A stretch of DNA of 64,000 bases from Macrostomum lignano (lineage: Eukaryota), in assembly GCA_002269645.1 (NCBI GenBank), contig NIVC01003327.1:1-64000 (forward strand), in the 5' to 3' direction. This document shows, in pieces, positions 61,485-64,000 of this stretch; position 1 is the first letter of the stretch; the number at the start of each line of letters is the position of its first letter. The translations under genes were made by a program, and so were the position numbers. The notes under the pieces are model-generated. The model saw only the letters and a program-made list of their open reading frames with translations, had not been told where the DNA came from and ran no database searches.

Positions 61485-63354
61485 TCAAGAGAACCCGGAC
61501 GGTCCAGCATCGGCTCCGGCGGTCGCGTCTGCCGACCCGTCGATTGCCCAGTCCGGACCGCCAGGCGGCGGCGCTCGCCGACTTGACAAGACCAGCTGTT
61601 GCCGACGTCTGGCCAGCAGCTGCGCGGCAAGCCGGCGTCGCTCATCCGGGTCGGCCAAATTGTCGGCATAGGTGGCGTCGAGTTTCTCTTTGAATCCGCG
61701 CAGCTCGGCCGACTCCCAGGCTAGCGGGCGCGGCAGGGCGACCTCGCAGTCGCCGTTATTGGTCAATTCTTCGTCGTCGCCGCCATCGTCAGAGCTGGTG
61801 AAGTCCGCAGTCAGGGCGGCGGCGTAACGGCTGGCGGATTGAGGGTCCAGGCTGGGGCGGAGGAACTCGAAACTGCGGAGACGGCGCTGCAGCTTCTGGT
61901 GATGGAGACGGACTTGATATGCATCAGCTGGTCTCTAGAGAGCATCTATCAACTCGTGTCTAGAGAGCATCTATCAACCCGTGTCTAGAGAGCATCTATC
62001 AACCCGTGTCTAGAGAGCATCTATCAACTCGTGTCTAGAGAGCATCTATCAACCCGTGTCTAGAGAGCATCTATCAACCCGTGTCTAGAGAACATCTATC
62101 AACCCATGTCTAGAGAGCATCTATCAACCCGTGTCTAGAGAACATCTATCAACCCGTGTCTAGAGAACATCTATCAACCCGTGTCTAGAGAGCATCTATC
62201 AACCCGTGTCTAGAGAACATCTATCAACTCGTGTCAAGAGAGCATCTATCAACTCGTGTCTAGAGAGCATCTATCAACCGTGTCAGAGAGCATCTATCAA
62301 CTCGTGTCTAGAGAGCATCTATCAACTCGTGTCTAGAGAGCATCTATCAACTCGTGTCTAGAGAGCATCTATCAACTCGTGTCTAGAGAGCATCTATCAA
62401 CTCGTGTCTAGAGAGCATCTATCAACTCGTGTCTAGAGAGCATCTATCAATGAGTCTAAGAGAGCATCTATCAATGAGTCTACAGAGCATCTATCAATGA
62501 GTCTACAGAGCATCTATCAATGAGTCTACAGAGCATCTATCAATAATCAGCCATCAAAGAGCCACTCACCTGCGGCACTGCAGTATCATTATTAGTCCTA
62601 GCCGTGGCCCGCTGTATCAGGCTGGCAAATTGCATTTCCCTATTGGTTCGTTTCATATTCGGCTTCAGGTAGCAGCTGTACCAGACTCGCATGTACTGGA
62701 CTGCCGATTCTGAAAATAAATTTTGCTTATTCATTAGGTTGATCAGTGAGAATTTAAGAGAAAGAAGCCGCAATTCCGAGTGTTAAATGCAAAGATGAAC
62801 ATTGGGTCTGCCTCCTATCGAAAAAAACAATAATAATTTTTGTGCTGAAAATCTTCCTAGCGCATTTTTCTGCTAAAATCAGCCGCCTTAACTTTTTTCT
62901 AAGGAGGAGTTGTCCTTGCTTAAACCCTTAAACTCCTTACAGAACCTCTACCCCTGTCCTGCAGATCAATTTTTATTAGCTTACTTCGTTGTTCCAGCCA
63001 AAAGCTGCCATGTACATTTCAGTGGACTGGCTAATGTACATTATTGCTGAACCAATTAGCAAGCTGCTTATGCCTGCAAGCTATGGGCTTCTAAACTTAT
63101 CTATAGTTATTCTAGTATATGTAGTTTTAATTGAAAAGGTAGCGTTCTTTACAGTATAAAATTCAATTTTCAACAAGGCCACTCACTATTCCAGTCGTCC
63201 GGATGGCAGGGCAGATGCCGGCCAGCTGTTTGGCTCGATCGATCACTCGATCGGCCGCCGTCAGGTTAACTCGAGCGCTGAATGGCAGAGTGAAGTCGAA
63301 TAGATCGCTTGACAGCTCGTCTTTGAGGGTCCGGTAGGCGCGGCGGAGAAGAGC
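61485..63354 (-). CDS. 3' exons of an unidentified protein-coding gene (about 63354-63187, 62709-62570, 61935-61485)
   Basis: GC-rich open exons bounded by TTTCAG acceptors and GTGAGT donors; B-C junction in frame; A-B phase does not match directly (a micro-exon or alternative donor is needed); family not recognised. Confidence 0.55.
61935..62545. repeat. 25-bp intronic minisatellite GTGTCTAGAGAGCATCTATCAACCC
   Basis: About 24 copies. Confidence 0.95.
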
Positions 63355-63429
63355 CTGAAAAATGAAAATATTTCGAAATTTTCATTTGTTTTAATGAGAC
63401 TACCGCTGGGGCACTAAACATGGCACTAA

Positions 63430-64000
63430 GGTATTCAAAATGGCACCCTGATATTCAAAATGGCACTCTGATATTAAAAATGGCACTCTGATATTCAAAA
63501 TGGCACTATGGTATTCAAAATGGCACCCTGATATTCAAAATGGCACTCTGGTACTCAAAATGGCACTCTGATATTCAAAATGGCACTATGCTATTAAAAT
63601 GGCACTATGGTATTCAAAATGGCACTCTGATATTCAAAATGGCACTCTGATATTCAAAATGGCACTCTGATATTCAAAATGGCACTATGGTATTAAAATG
63701 GCACTCTGATATTCAAAATGGCACTCTGATATTCAAAATGGCACTCTGATATTCAAAATGGCACTCTGATATTCAAAATGGCACTATGGTATTAAAATGG
63801 CACTCTGATATTCAAAATGGCACTCTGATATTCAAAATGGCACTCTGACATTCAAAATGGCACTCTGATATTCAAAATGGCACTCTGATATTCAAAATGG
63901 CACTATGCTATTAAAATGGCACTCTGGAATTCGAAATGGCACTCTGATATTCAAAATGGCACTCTGATATTCAAAATGGAACTGGTATTCAAAATGGCAC
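63430..64000. repeat. 20-bp minisatellite AAAATGGCACTCTGATATTC
   Basis: Runs to the window end. Confidence 0.95.

Overview
Repeat-rich nuclear DNA of an invertebrate animal: GC-rich exons, AT-rich introns and a very heavy tandem-repeat load. A free-living flatworm such as Macrostomum is plausible, but that is inference only. Host genes: a secreted Lys-rich peptide, a PAN/C-type lectin with two indels, NUDT18 (7 exons), a GIMAP/AIG1 GTPase probably fused to a Hedgehog-type Hog domain, an INSM/nerfin zinc-finger factor, Beclin-1 (5 exons) and an unidentified gene. Mobile elements: a Mag-like Gypsy element, two RTE-like LINEs, a CORE-SINE, a Mutator element with foldback-type arms and a RING-fused transposase, a non-autonomous hAT element and a MITE. 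The highlight is a 7.1-kb Polinton/Maverick-derived element (20283-27415, 6-bp TSD, about 600-bp TIRs) inside a NUDT18 intron. It encodes a PrimPol-PriCT2-D5 helicase instead of a protein-primed PolB. Its PLA2-integrase gene is interrupted by what looks like a self-splicing group I intron (26761->26270) carrying a small PD-(D/E)xK nuclease ORF, a putative homing intron in a virus-like element in an animal nuclear genome.
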